The position numbers and the translations under genes were made by a program. From positions 1 to 64,000 of IMG/VR virus record IMGVR_UViG_2922690425_000004: a DNA stretch of 64,000 nt; one strand, given 5' to 3'. This document shows positions 49,748 through 59,442 of the stretch, piece after piece (position 1 is the stretch's first letter; the number at the start of each line of letters is the position of its first letter). The DNA is from a virus. Its lineage: Duplodnaviria > Caudoviricetes. The notes under the pieces were generated by a model. It saw nothing but the letters and a program-made list of their open reading frames with translations. It was not told the origin of the DNA and searched no databases.

Positions 49748-50938
49748 TTATTTTACTTCTTGTAAATTGATATCTATTTTGTATTCAATTCGTCCGTCCA
49801 CATCAAAAATATGCATCTTTTGCATTGCATCCGAATACATACGTTTACTGACGGCATAAGAATCTACGCCGCAAAGACTGCCATTAGAAACTACCGTTGT
49901 TCTACCGAAATCTTTAACAGTATCATGATGAATATGGCCTTGGAAGATGTATTGAGGTATTACGCCAAGGAATTGAGGTAATTGTCGGGCTGAGGTCGTT
50001 ACATGGTCTAAATCGCCATGCACATATATGTGAGGCTTTTCAAATGATTCATCGATAAAATAACCATCTTCACCTTTTAATAGTTCAATATTCTCTAATT
50101 CTCTAAGGCGAGTTTCCATATACCAAGGAATGATGTTTTCAAAGTTTTCTTTTAATATAGCTTCATTTTTACTTTGAAAAGTCCGACTATGATTGCCAAT
50201 TAGGTTTATGACTCTTACTTTTGGTACAAACTTAGCAATCTCTGCAACGGCTTCAGACAATCGCTCTGATATGTATTGAGTTTGAGAGATGACATCTTCA
50301 CTCTGTTCAATTCTTGAAGTAAGATGTATAAACCCTGCAATTTGATCTCCAATAGAAGCTATTGTTAATTCGTCAACATTGTGTTTCTGACAATAATAAA
50401 TCGTTTTGGATACAAGATGATTAAATCTTTTATCAAACACACGTGGATTGTATTTGTTTAAAGAGTTATCCGATTCTTGTCCATAGTGAAAGTCTGAAAA
50501 AAGTACGTTTGCGCGAATATAAGAGGGGCTTTCCTTGACAGGAGAGTAGGGGAGAGGCTTAACTTGTTCAAGTCGCTTAATGCCAGATGAAATTTCATCT
50601 TTTAAGTGTTCAAACTTAGCAATCATTTTGATTTTATTGTTGAATTCGCGTTTTTGGTCTTGAAATTGATATTTTTGCTTTTGTAATTCAATTGTTTTGT
50701 CTTCTATTTCGCGTCTATACTCATCAGTTGACGACTTTTTCACGCCAATTGAGATGCCACGAGTAAGTAAGTGGAACTCTTTGCGATATTTAGACTCTGT
50801 GAAATCCTCATTGAGATATTCATTCATAAGAGTCGCGATTTTACCCCAAGACAAGCTCAACTCGTCCTTACAGGAGCCAATTCGTATAAGGTATTCTTCG
50901 TATGTCTCGTTATCTAGTGATTTGAGAGGAGTCATCAA
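49748..50938 (-). CDS. Calcineurin-like metallophosphoesterase (YonJ-like)
   Basis: SDFHYG, GD, GNH, HGD and GHIH motifs. Confidence 0.85.
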   Translation of the reverse strand: MMTPLKSLDNETYEEYLIRIGSCKDELSLSWGKIATLMNEYLNEDFTESKYRKEFHLLTRGISIGVKKSSTDEYRREIEDKTIELQKQKYQFQDQKREFNNKIKMIAKFEHLKDEISSGIKRLEQVKPLPYSPVKESPSYIRANVLFSDFHYGQESDNSLNKYNPRVFDKRFNHLVSKTIYYCQKHNVDELTIASIGDQIAGFIHLTSRIEQSEDVISQTQYISERLSEAVAEIAKFVPKVRVINLIGNHSRTFQSKNEAILKENFENIIPWYMETRLRELENIELLKGEDGYFIDESFEKPHIYVHGDLDHVTTSARQLPQFLGVIPQYIFQGHIHHDTVKDFGRTTVVSNGSLCGVDSYAVSKRMYSDAMQKMHIFDVDGRIEYKIDINLQEVK

Positions 50939-50946
50939 TACACTCC

Positions 50947-51141
50947 TTATTCTTCAATTACATGGCTTGGTTCAAAGTCGGAAGCAAGCGTCAGAGAGAG
51001 TGTGGTTCCATCAAATTCCTGTAGCAGTGATTTAACACCAAAAACTTGAACTCCATTTTTATCTTCATGTGTAATAGTCATGTCATCCATGTTAAACAAG
51101 CCAGTACGGTTAACTGTTTTGCTATCTTTATTTTTTGCCAT
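50947..51141 (-). CDS. yonK: YonK-family protein
   Basis: MAK..GLFNMDDMTIT..SLLQEFDG pattern; position before the YonJ-like gene. Confidence 0.65.
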   Translation of the reverse strand: MAKNKDSKTVNRTGLFNMDDMTITHEDKNGVQVFGVKSLLQEFDGTTLSLTLASDFEPSHVIEE

Positions 51142-51219
51142 ATGTATAGTTGCTCCCTTGGTAATTTTAATTTACGTAGCAATTACTTTTCTCTCTTGCA
51201 GAGAATATCATTATTCATA

Positions 51220-51548
51220 AAAGAGAAGAGGAGGTGATCAATCTCCTCAAACTTGGCATCTGGCTGCCTGTAATCGACAGCTGTGTTTCTGGTGAAATAA
51301 TAAATCAATTCAGGTCGGCGTATCCTGATCTCTGGTAACTTGCAGTTAAGCAAGCGCGTGGGGAGCCTTGACTCATATCTGGCTTGCGCCAACTTTACCA
51401 CTCACTCTTATATGGTGGTGAAACACCAATCTAAGACTATAACCTTATAGTGATTAATGGACAACTCAAAGCCTAATGTAAACACGGAATTGTGATTCCG
51501 CCGGAAGGGAGCGCCACGTTGCCCTATGGCGCGAACCAAATGGCTCTA
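51220..51548 (-). ncRNA. Candidate structured ncRNA (~330 nt)
   Basis: GC-rich intergenic block with at least seven hairpins, ending in a terminator-like stem (51228-51248). Confidence 0.5.
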
Positions 51549-51573
51549 TATATGTATGTGAAACTTTATAAAA

Positions 51574-51897
51574 TTACTGTTTTACTTGGTCTTTTAGTGC
51601 TTTTGCTGCTTTGAATGCTGGCTTTTTAGATGCAGAGATAGCGATTGTGGCCTGTGCTTTGGCTGTTTCGGGATCAACGCCTTGTTCCTTGAGTTCGCCC
51701 AGCAATTTAGGATTAATGCCATTACGGGCTGCTGTCTCGCGCACTTCGAAAGTACCAAAACCTGCAATTTTGACTTCTTCGCCTGTAGCCAATGTATTTG
51801 TAATTGTTGTAAGCAATGTGTCAACCGTTGTCTCTACGTCTTTTTTTGTAAATCCTGTTGCTTCTGCAATCGATTTTACCAATTCTGTTTTATTCAT
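51574..51897 (-). CDS. hup: HU family DNA-binding protein (YonN-like) with arm insertion
   Basis: MNKTELV..GEEVKIAGFGTFEVR..ARNGINP..KPAFKAAKALKD. Confidence 0.9.
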   Translation of the reverse strand: MNKTELVKSIAEATGFTKKDVETTVDTLLTTITNTLATGEEVKIAGFGTFEVRETAARNGINPKLLGELKEQGVDPETAKAQATIAISASKKPAFKAAKALKDQVKQ

Positions 51898-52093
51898 AAT
51901 ATAATTATCTCCCTTAGATTTGTTTTGGTATATTTTAAAAAAGATAGAGTCGTCCGCTTATACTTAGCCTATAGCCTTTTTAAGAGCAACAATAATTTGG
52001 TTAACCTTTGCCATTCGGAAGTCTCTATCATATAGCAATAATTAATGAGCTCAAAAAAGCCAGTGTTTATATGTATTTTTTGACGATATTTAA

Positions 52094-54655
52094 TTAAAAG
52101 TGTGGAGTTTTTTTAAAAGCCATTAAGAATTTATCTTTTTGGGCTTTATAGATAATGTTCAACATTCTTGATGAAATTTTATCCTTCTTGTGTTTAGATA
52201 TTTTCAATAGTAGGGAGTACATAGTATCTTGACTTACTTTTAGTTTATCGATGTAAAACTTATAATACTTTAATATTTCATCAATGTTTTCGTCGCGTTC
52301 TTCGTCGGATAGTGAATTATTATATACACCAGCAACCTTCATACACATGTCATCTATGTACTTAATAATTTTAGCTTGTTGCTTTCGATCTCCAGCTTTG
52401 AGGTTATGTTTGACTAGCATATCTTTAAAATCTACACTCTTTCTGTGACTTGCTTTATCAACCTCGTCCATTTCGTTAAAAAGGAAATCCATTGGGCATA
52501 GATACTCCGAAGTACTAATAGCCTTATTCTGGCTTACGTATTTCCAGAATAGAGGCTTCTCCTTTTTCAACTCTTTCGTCTTTGCAACAAAATCAATTTC
52601 TTTCTTTATGTCTATCTCAAACATTTTTTTTGCCAAATCAATACATATACCTGAGAGAACAGTGACAACATCAATTTTTTTCATTAATTCTGATAGTTCA
52701 GATTCACTATGCCCATTATTTAGTCTATCCCAATAAGTAGACATACATAGCTGACCAACATTAACTGTACGTCCTATGTATTTTTGACTTTTCGAAAGTT
52801 CTTTGTCAATCAACGACATATCGTAATTACAAACACGGTATTCCTTTTTGCTACTTTCAACTTTATTTATGCATACTCTGTAATTACCAAATAACTTTTT
52901 ACTGATTTTTAACAGATTATCGTCATCAATTAAAAGGACTGTATCGCTATCGTAATCGCATCCTGAGAGTATATCTTGTATAGGGAACCCAATAGCATTC
53001 ACACAGACGATATTATCAGTTAAATTAAAATATTTATCGATGTCGTTTACAAATATGTTTTTGGCAACTAAAACGTTACTTGGACTGGTATGCGGATTCC
53101 TGAATCCTGTAACCTCTTTTAGTCCGAACATGGTAGTATGTATCTCATTTTCCTTCAGAGATGGATTGTTTAAATCCAACTGACCTATAGCATGTGCAAG
53201 AAACTCCATTGGGTTACCCAACATAACTAGGTAGTCACCATGCATCCTAATCTTACCCCTCTTGATATGGTTTACATGTGCGTTTATTGTTTCAGTTCTA
53301 AACTTACGAAACATCTTTGTACCGACTATATCTCTATTTCGATAATATAAATCTACAAACATGTCATTGCTGTTGATTTCGTTTGCTGATTCTTTAATAA
53401 ATTCAATGAAATAGTTATCGTCATTTTTTAGTTTTTCTATGATTTGCTTATCGAAATCGGAAAAATTCTTGATGTCATCCCTAGTTATCGGTAAAGAATT
53501 GAGCATTTGATAGCTCGTTTGTTGAAGTATGTTCCCAAAATCATCGAAGCCACGCTTGGATTTTTTTTCGTGCTTACAAACACCGAAGGAATAATTGTTG
53601 TCTGTGACAATTTGTTTCCAGTGTTCCCACATAGCCAATTCCGAACCTAGTAGACTACTAAACTTCAAAGCTTTTAGGCTGGTAGGTGTAATAATCAAAT
53701 GAACATCTTTTGCTGGAATATTTAATCCAAACATATTAGTCAGTGTCCAGGCACTATAATCGATATTATCTGGGCATCGAGATTTTAAGTATTCTTGAAT
53801 ATTACAATTGAATGCGGCGCTCTTAAACATATGATTCCTTAGAAGCATCATACCTTTATTATTCTTAAAGTATCGGCTATCCAGTAAAGACTCACCGTCG
53901 AATAGACTATTTTTAATTACCGACTCGTCGGTGAAGCTATTCAAATAGCCATTAGTATCTGTACGAACAACATTGCAAGTTTTAGCGAATTTACTTTCAA
54001 CATCAGTAATGATCAGGATGTTTTTAGGGTTAATTGTAATTATATCTTCAAGAGAAGAACCAACTAAACTTTCATATGCTAAGAGAGAAGGATAATCCAC
54101 AGAAACAGAGGTTTCTGTAAAGTTTAAATTCATGCGGCTCCAAGAAATCATCGGAATGTATAGATCTTCTTTGATAAACAGACACTGCCCAATCCTGCTT
54201 TTAGCGCTTGATCTTTTATATACAACATATTTTACATCGTTGTAAATAAAGCCTTCAGTGTAAAGTTTTGTTCGTAAGTTTTCATTTGATAGATCTTGCC
54301 ATTTTTCAGAATTAATTTCGGATTTTATATTATGTATAAAGTCATTTAACTTCTGCTTGTAATCTAGTTTGTCATTCTCCATGGAAATTAGCTTTGAATT
54401 CAATCCCTTGATTATTTCTTTGCCTGATTTGACCTTTTGCTTAAATTTAACATTAATAATATCTAAAGATAACAGCTTGTCATTTGTTTTCTTCTTTGAT
54501 GTTCTTAAACCTATACTAATGAGTCTATTTAATTCTAAACTGCTTGGAATCATGCCTACGTAGTTTAAATCTAGGTTACGACCCCTAAACATATAATTGT
54601 ATATATCGCTTCCTTCGACAGAAGGAATATATACTGGTTTGTGTAATTCATTCAA
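52094..54655 (-). CDS. yonO: YonO-like single-subunit DNA-dependent RNA polymerase (cellular RdRP-related)
   Basis: 853 aa; KRSSAKSRIG, DGESL, FRNPH and catalytic loop GCDYDSD; position at the head of the late operon. Confidence 0.8.
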   Translation of the reverse strand: MNELHKPVYIPSVEGSDIYNYMFRGRNLDLNYVGMIPSSLELNRLISIGLRTSKKKTNDKLLSLDIINVKFKQKVKSGKEIIKGLNSKLISMENDKLDYKQKLNDFIHNIKSEINSEKWQDLSNENLRTKLYTEGFIYNDVKYVVYKRSSAKSRIGQCLFIKEDLYIPMISWSRMNLNFTETSVSVDYPSLLAYESLVGSSLEDIITINPKNILIITDVESKFAKTCNVVRTDTNGYLNSFTDESVIKNSLFDGESLLDSRYFKNNKGMMLLRNHMFKSAAFNCNIQEYLKSRCPDNIDYSAWTLTNMFGLNIPAKDVHLIITPTSLKALKFSSLLGSELAMWEHWKQIVTDNNYSFGVCKHEKKSKRGFDDFGNILQQTSYQMLNSLPITRDDIKNFSDFDKQIIEKLKNDDNYFIEFIKESANEINSNDMFVDLYYRNRDIVGTKMFRKFRTETINAHVNHIKRGKIRMHGDYLVMLGNPMEFLAHAIGQLDLNNPSLKENEIHTTMFGLKEVTGFRNPHTSPSNVLVAKNIFVNDIDKYFNLTDNIVCVNAIGFPIQDILSGCDYDSDTVLLIDDDNLLKISKKLFGNYRVCINKVESSKKEYRVCNYDMSLIDKELSKSQKYIGRTVNVGQLCMSTYWDRLNNGHSESELSELMKKIDVVTVLSGICIDLAKKMFEIDIKKEIDFVAKTKELKKEKPLFWKYVSQNKAISTSEYLCPMDFLFNEMDEVDKASHRKSVDFKDMLVKHNLKAGDRKQQAKIIKYIDDMCMKVAGVYNNSLSDEERDENIDEILKYYKFYIDKLKVSQDTMYSLLLKISKHKKDKISSRMLNIIYKAQKDKFLMAFKKTPHF

Positions 54656-54705
54656 ACAATTAATCCTCCAATACGAAAAACATACTAATTTATATGTATT
54701 CTTAT

Positions 54706-54948
54706 TTAATTTTGATTTATCTTGCTGGAACCAATGATTTCTATGGGTTTGTGGGGCTGTCTGTAATATTTTTTATGGGCTTCGTTTTTTAACCAAATTA
54801 CTTCATCATCAATATATGTATAATCTACTTCTTCAATTTCTGTATTCAGTGAAACATCCCTGTCATCAAAGTAATCTAGTTCAAAACCATCATAATATCT
54901 ATCCTCCCAAGTGATAATTGAATGATTCCCTTTATTCATTTTTGGCAT
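54706..54948 (-). CDS. Small acidic hypothetical protein upstream of the RNA polymerase
   Basis: AAGGGG SD; co-oriented with yonO. Confidence 0.5.
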   Translation of the reverse strand: MPKMNKGNHSIITWEDRYYDGFELDYFDDRDVSLNTEIEEVDYTYIDDEVIWLKNEAHKKYYRQPHKPIEIIGSSKINQN

Positions 54949-55013
54949 TATGTACTTATTTCCCCTTGTTTATTTATTTTGTTTTTCCAGAGATAGTTGG
55001 TCTCTGCATTAAC

Positions 55014-55093
55014 AATATATCATCTTCTATCATTACCGTCAACAATACATATTATTTAATTATATTTACTTATTGAAAAGAGAATAGTATAAT
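55014..55093. promoter_or_regulatory. Divergent sigmaA promoters (leftward to the polymerase, rightward to recombinase-rep)
   Basis: Minus strand: TTGACG(55042)-17-TATATT(55019) with extended TG. Plus strand: TTTACT(55065)-17-TATAAT(55088). Confidence 0.7.
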
Positions 55094-55120
55094 AGAAACA
55101 AGAGAAAGGAGCTGCATAAT

Positions 55121-56170
55121 ATGAGTGCATCGCTAAATAATAATTTGGTTGGATTACATACAAAAAGTGTAAATGAAGACATTGAAACTCATTTGAATAG
55201 TTTCGAAAGTAGATTTACTTCAAACACTTATAGAAATAGATTGGTTAAATTCTTTATGTGGTACAGAGGTAAAAATCTAGCTTCATTAAAAGAAGATGAC
55301 TTGCAGATTAGAAATGCTGATATTCTAAGATATCGTAACTTTTTAAAAGAATTAATAGACGAAGAAGGAAAGAGATTCTATACAAACACTACAATCAATA
55401 ATTTCATTGCAGCGATACAAAGCCTATATACATTTCTCGAAAAAAATGACTACAATGTAAAAGCAATTGTGACTCAAATAAAGCCATTATCTGATGATTC
55501 CGAACAATGCGGTAGACTCTATACTCATGAAGCTGAACAGATGGCTGTGATTGCCGAAGGGACAGTAAAAGGTGTCGAAAAATCAGCATTGATTCGCATG
55601 GCATACACAACGAGTTTTCGTAAAGGATCACTATTAAATCTTCAATGGGCAGATATAATCAAAACTGAATCTCATGATTACTATGAGGTAAATATTATAG
55701 GGAAAGGTGGGAAGAAACATGTAATGCCAATCTCTTCAGATCTATATGATTATCTACTAAAAATAAAGGAACAACCATACTATAAAAGATACAATGATAA
55801 TAAAATATTTCATTTAGGCACAAAAACAATTCAAAATATGATGGATTATCTAAAAAACGAACTGAAAATACCAAAAGAAAGAAACGTTGTGTTCCATAGT
55901 TTTCGGAATGTTGCTAGTATGTATGGAACACTAGAAGAAGCAAAAGAACACTACAATCATTCTAGTTACAATGTTACGGAACGTTACAGACATAAAGACA
56001 ATGATTTAAGTAATAGCCTCAGTTTACGTATCGGCAATCAAATCGACGATTCAATATTTGATGAATTGACAAAAGAAGAATTGATTGAGATTATTCTAAA
56101 TCAGCACGAAGGAGCAGTATTCCAAATGAAGAGGGAAGCCAAAAAAATAAAAGAAGGGAAGACAGAGTAA
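55121..56170 (+). CDS. Tyrosine recombinase with intact catalytic residues
   Basis: SFRKGS, GKGGK, FHSFR and NHSS..TERY; N-terminal SAM-like domain. Confidence 0.8.
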   Translation: MSASLNNNLVGLHTKSVNEDIETHLNSFESRFTSNTYRNRLVKFFMWYRGKNLASLKEDDLQIRNADILRYRNFLKELIDEEGKRFYTNTTINNFIAAIQSLYTFLEKNDYNVKAIVTQIKPLSDDSEQCGRLYTHEAEQMAVIAEGTVKGVEKSALIRMAYTTSFRKGSLLNLQWADIIKTESHDYYEVNIIGKGGKKHVMPISSDLYDYLLKIKEQPYYKRYNDNKIFHLGTKTIQNMMDYLKNELKIPKERNVVFHSFRNVASMYGTLEEAKEHYNHSSYNVTERYRHKDNDLSNSLSLRIGNQIDDSIFDELTKEELIEIILNQHEGAVFQMKREAKKIKEGKTE

Positions 56171-56179
56171 AGTCTGTGG

Positions 56180-56881
56180 ATGAATAAATCAAATATGGAC
56201 GAAAATAAAAACATAAAACAAAAGCGGAACAAACAATCTATTCATTTACCAACTAGTACTGTTAGAGACCCAAACATAAATGCGAATGACTTTTGTTTGA
56301 TTCTTTATCTTAAGTACTTAACGTGGAGGAGCGGAAACAGATACGAGTTTGATGTTTCTTTGTCTGAGTTGAAACAATTTTTGAATATTCAGGACAATAA
56401 AACACTCAAGTCTTCTTTTAATAATATTTTTAGAGAAGACTATATAACAAGAGAGATAAAAAAGATTCTACCCAATAACCCAATAAGGTTCTTTCTAAAC
56501 CAGAAGAAGTTTGATACCGACAGCAATTTAGACGAAAAGTTTTTTACATATCTTCCAATCAACATTTTATACGGAATGAAAAATCGGAAATTGGATAGAA
56601 AAGAAGTACGAATCCTTTATTATATTAAAAGCTATATTAATTACTCTGATCCTAAGAAGGAGTATTGCTTCACTGGTATAGAGAAGACAATGGTTACAGA
56701 ATTAAATATGGGCAAAAATACGATTCCAAAGTACACTGACATGTTAGTAAAAAAGAATTTGATTCGCATTGAAAAAAACAAACTTGAAACAAGCTATCAA
56801 TATGATGAGGAAGGAAATTTGATATTCACAAGATACAACAACCATTATTATCTGGATTTTAATAACATTGATAAACTATAG
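56180..56881 (+). CDS. Putative replication initiator (two winged-helix-like repeats)
   Basis: Two LP..(L/I)Y..K..C/HTH-like halves; iterons start right after the stop. Confidence 0.55.
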   Translation: MNKSNMDENKNIKQKRNKQSIHLPTSTVRDPNINANDFCLILYLKYLTWRSGNRYEFDVSLSELKQFLNIQDNKTLKSSFNNIFREDYITREIKKILPNNPIRFFLNQKKFDTDSNLDEKFFTYLPINILYGMKNRKLDRKEVRILYYIKSYINYSDPKKEYCFTGIEKTMVTELNMGKNTIPKYTDMLVKKNLIRIEKNKLETSYQYDEEGNLIFTRYNNHYYLDFNNIDKL

Positions 56882-56889
56882 AAATTTAC

Positions 56890-57060
56890 CTAGTCCCAAT
56901 TTATCCAAGTATCACTCCCAAAACATCCAAAATCTACTCCCAATTTATCCAACATCCACTCCCTATTCCTCCGGGAGAAATAGGGGACTAGTAATTAAGT
57001 TAATATATAATAGATAATAGATAAGTATATACAGTATTTAGAGATGGTTTCGCTACGCTT
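56890..57060 (+). repeat. Iteron array and AT-rich region, putative replication origin
   Basis: TCCC-led units at 56894, 56916, 56938 and 56960 (exact 22-bp period; consensus CTCCCAATTTATCCAA); inverted copy at 56978-56991; then an AT-rich tract. Confidence 0.7.
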
Positions 57061-58163
57061 ACCCAGCTCTTGGATTCTGATTTTTTTGGTGGTTGGGGGA
57101 TAATGATATTTCTTGTTGATATATTAGGTTGATTAGCAATTAAAAATTGGTGGAAGTAAAAGTTTGAGGTTAATCTGTATAAGGGGATGGTTGTGTTTTT
57201 AACTTAGACGTTTCAAGACCCAAGTTTAATCTACCTTTAAATATTTGTTAGGGAATACATATTATATAGGATATAAGACATTCTGAGATGGATGTCTTTT
57301 TTGTTGTCTGAGAAGCAGCTCAATCGTGATAGCAAATTATCTTGATCGTAAAAACGAAAAAATTGATAAAATTCCAATTAAGATAAAGATTTTGGTGTAA
57401 GTTATGTTTGATGTTACAAGTTGAATCGTAAAAGTATGGGCGTATAAAGAGTTTTTTGATAAATTTTAATTAGAAATAGTAAAAAATAGGATGGTTACAC
57501 AATTGTAATAAGAACTAAAACATAAATAAAGAAAGGTGATTTGCGATTGCATTTACGATTGAAATGAGAAGAAAAAACGTGTAAAAAGTTACAAAATATT
57601 AATATATTATAAAGGTGAAAAAATAAGTTGAGTGTGTGATTGGAAGTGTTACAGCATAATTTGTAAATTTTAGGTGGTGTCTGGATGTAAACTATCCCCC
57701 CTTATACCTCCATAGATACCATATAAGTATAGTTATGTAGTATCTATGTTTGAACATGAAGGGCTGATAGAGTGGTCGAGGTTGAGCTTGTCAAGTTAAA
57801 TGAAATTGTAAAAAAAATACTAAATAATATGTTTTGAATTTGAAATTTCTGGTCGGGTGATTTGGGTAGTTGGGAGAGCGATGAACCGTTGTAATCGCTA
57901 GTCAACGCGATTGACAATGTGCTAGACTTAAAACTAATCACATTAGTCTATAAACTATCACCATTAACATTAAAACTAAAACTCTCATAACATATATAAT
58001 ATCTTCTCTAATTGTCTACTATACTCACTCCATCAATTATCCTATCGCCATTGACCTGATCCAATAAACAAAAATAAATAAATCACACAAAACTATATAC
58101 AAAATAGTGGACTTATGCTATAATAATATATGTAAGGGATACACGCCGAAAGGTGGTGACACC

Positions 58164-58355
58164 ATGCTAGAATACATACCTTACATTGCTCTAATCATAA
58201 ACTTTCTCGGTTTTGCGCTTCGGGTTCTCAAATTCATCTTTGATGAAAAACGGGCAAGACGCAAAGAGGAAACAGAACGATTAGACAAGCTTAAAGAAGC
58301 TGAAAATGAAAAGAGTGCATTTCCTCCGAGAAAGGAAACACACTCAAAGCATTGA
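58164..58355 (+). CDS. YonT-like type I toxin (N-terminal TM helix, charged tail), 63 aa
   Basis: MLEYIPYIALIINFLGFALRVLKFIF..; AAAGGTGGTG SD; antisense promoter and terminator over its 3' end. Confidence 0.6.
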   Translation: MLEYIPYIALIINFLGFALRVLKFIFDEKRARRKEETERLDKLKEAENEKSAFPPRKETHSKH

Positions 58356-58402
58356 AGCTTCACAAAGACTAGGGGAATCGAAAGTTGATTCCCTTAGAAC
58401 AC
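58303..58402 (-). ncRNA. SR6-like antisense antitoxin RNA
   Basis: TTGCCT(58437)-17-TATTAT(58414) promoter; hairpin at 58371-58395; terminator GAGTGTGTTTCCT..AGGAAATGCACTC-TTTT inside the toxin 3' end. Confidence 0.6.
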
Positions 58403-58457
58403 AATTACATAATAGCATAATCATTGACTATAGGCAACGAAAGGGAGGGAATTGACT

Positions 58458-58628
58458 ATGAAGCGATTTATTAAACGTATACCATCAAATGTATTGTTTA
58501 TTATCTGTGGCATTGCATCTTTATTTATTGAGTACCCTAATTCAATAAGATTTGTTGCTTGGATATTAGCGGCTTTAATGATCGCATGGGGTGTGTTGGA
58601 CATAATAAGAGATAGAAATAATAAATAA
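58458..58628 (+). CDS. Small membrane protein (YoyJ-like position), 56 aa
   Basis: MKRFIKRIPSNVLFIICGIASLFIEYPNSIRFVAWILAALMIAWGVLDIIRDRNNK; SD AAGGGAGG. Confidence 0.6.
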   Translation: MKRFIKRIPSNVLFIICGIASLFIEYPNSIRFVAWILAALMIAWGVLDIIRDRNNK

Positions 58629-58937
58629 TTAAAAAGTAATAAATAAATGTGATATTCTAAACCAATATCGAATTGCCATTCTTATCCGCATCTTATGGTA
58701 CATTATAGCTATCACTATTGATTGGATGGGATCTGATGAATGATGATACATTGAAGAACTTAGAAATACCTCCTAAACTACAAGAACATTTGAATTTAAT
58801 AAAAAAGGTTATGGATAGCAATAATTGCAATAGTTGCGCTCTTTAATATATCATTCGTAGATAATATACACAAACAAGCCTAGATGAATTATGTCTAGGC
58901 TCTTTTTGTGCTTTTTAGGATCATACAAGCGATCTAT

Positions 58938-59156
58938 TTATTCGCCATCCTTGTCCGATTCCTCAACTGTAAATAACTCTTCTACGCTTATTCCTAATGC
59001 TCTAGCCACTGCAAACAAATTATTTATATTATGCTGCTCTGACTTATCGAACCGCGATATATAAGGCTGAGGGACTCCTGCATCTACTGCTAATTGAGAT
59101 TGCTTTATGTCTCTCTCTTTGATTATTTCTCTTAGTTTACCTTTGTATTTGAGCAT
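58938..59156 (-). CDS. XRE/Cro-type HTH repressor
   Basis: IKQSQLAVDAGVPQPYISRF..VARALGISVEELF. Confidence 0.85.
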   Translation of the reverse strand: MLKYKGKLREIIKERDIKQSQLAVDAGVPQPYISRFDKSEQHNINNLFAVARALGISVEELFTVEESDKDGE

Positions 59157-59187
59157 TATAATATCTCCTTTAACGTGGTTACTACAG

Positions 59188-59249
59188 TATACAATATTGA
59201 ATAAATAATTGGAAATATATTGACTACTGAATATACAATATTGTATAAT
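59188..59249 (+). promoter_or_regulatory. Promoter with palindromic operator between divergent genes
   Basis: TTGACT(59220)..TATAAT(59244); perfect palindrome TATACAATATTGTATA at 59232-59247; partial copy at 59188. Confidence 0.65.
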
Positions 59250-59285
59250 ATAAATATAAAAGTTGTACTAAAGGAGAAAGATTAA

Positions 59286-59435
59286 ATGAAGCATATAAGA
59301 GTAGTCAAACAAAACGGATCAACAATCATACATAAACTTGGAACTGACTTAGACATTCTTGAACTATCAACAGCGTTTCAAATGGATAGAGTTGAGTACC
59401 AAGGTGAGCATGTCTACATACATTTGAAAGGATGA
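59286..59435 (+). CDS. Small hypothetical early protein, 49 aa
   Basis: AAGGAG SD; MKHIRVVKQNG..VYIHLKG. Confidence 0.5.
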   Translation: MKHIRVVKQNGSTIIHKLGTDLDILELSTAFQMDRVEYQGEHVYIHLKG

Positions 59436-59442
59436 TATGTTG

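Noticed and set aside
51183-51401. 72-aa ORF
   Set aside because: No clear SD, and it overlaps dense hairpins and a terminator; likely a shadow of structured RNA.
51220-51548. tRNA, tmRNA or RNase P identity for the structured block
   Set aside because: No T-loop or acceptor-stem CCA pattern, and no RNase P core motifs recognised.
54950-55120. attP/attL site beside the recombinase
   Set aside because: Both flanks are phage genes and no host junction or core repeat is identifiable in the window.
58640-58870. Possible decayed membrane-protein gene
   Set aside because: Hydrophobic fragments are broken by stops and have no SD; cannot be supported without homologues.
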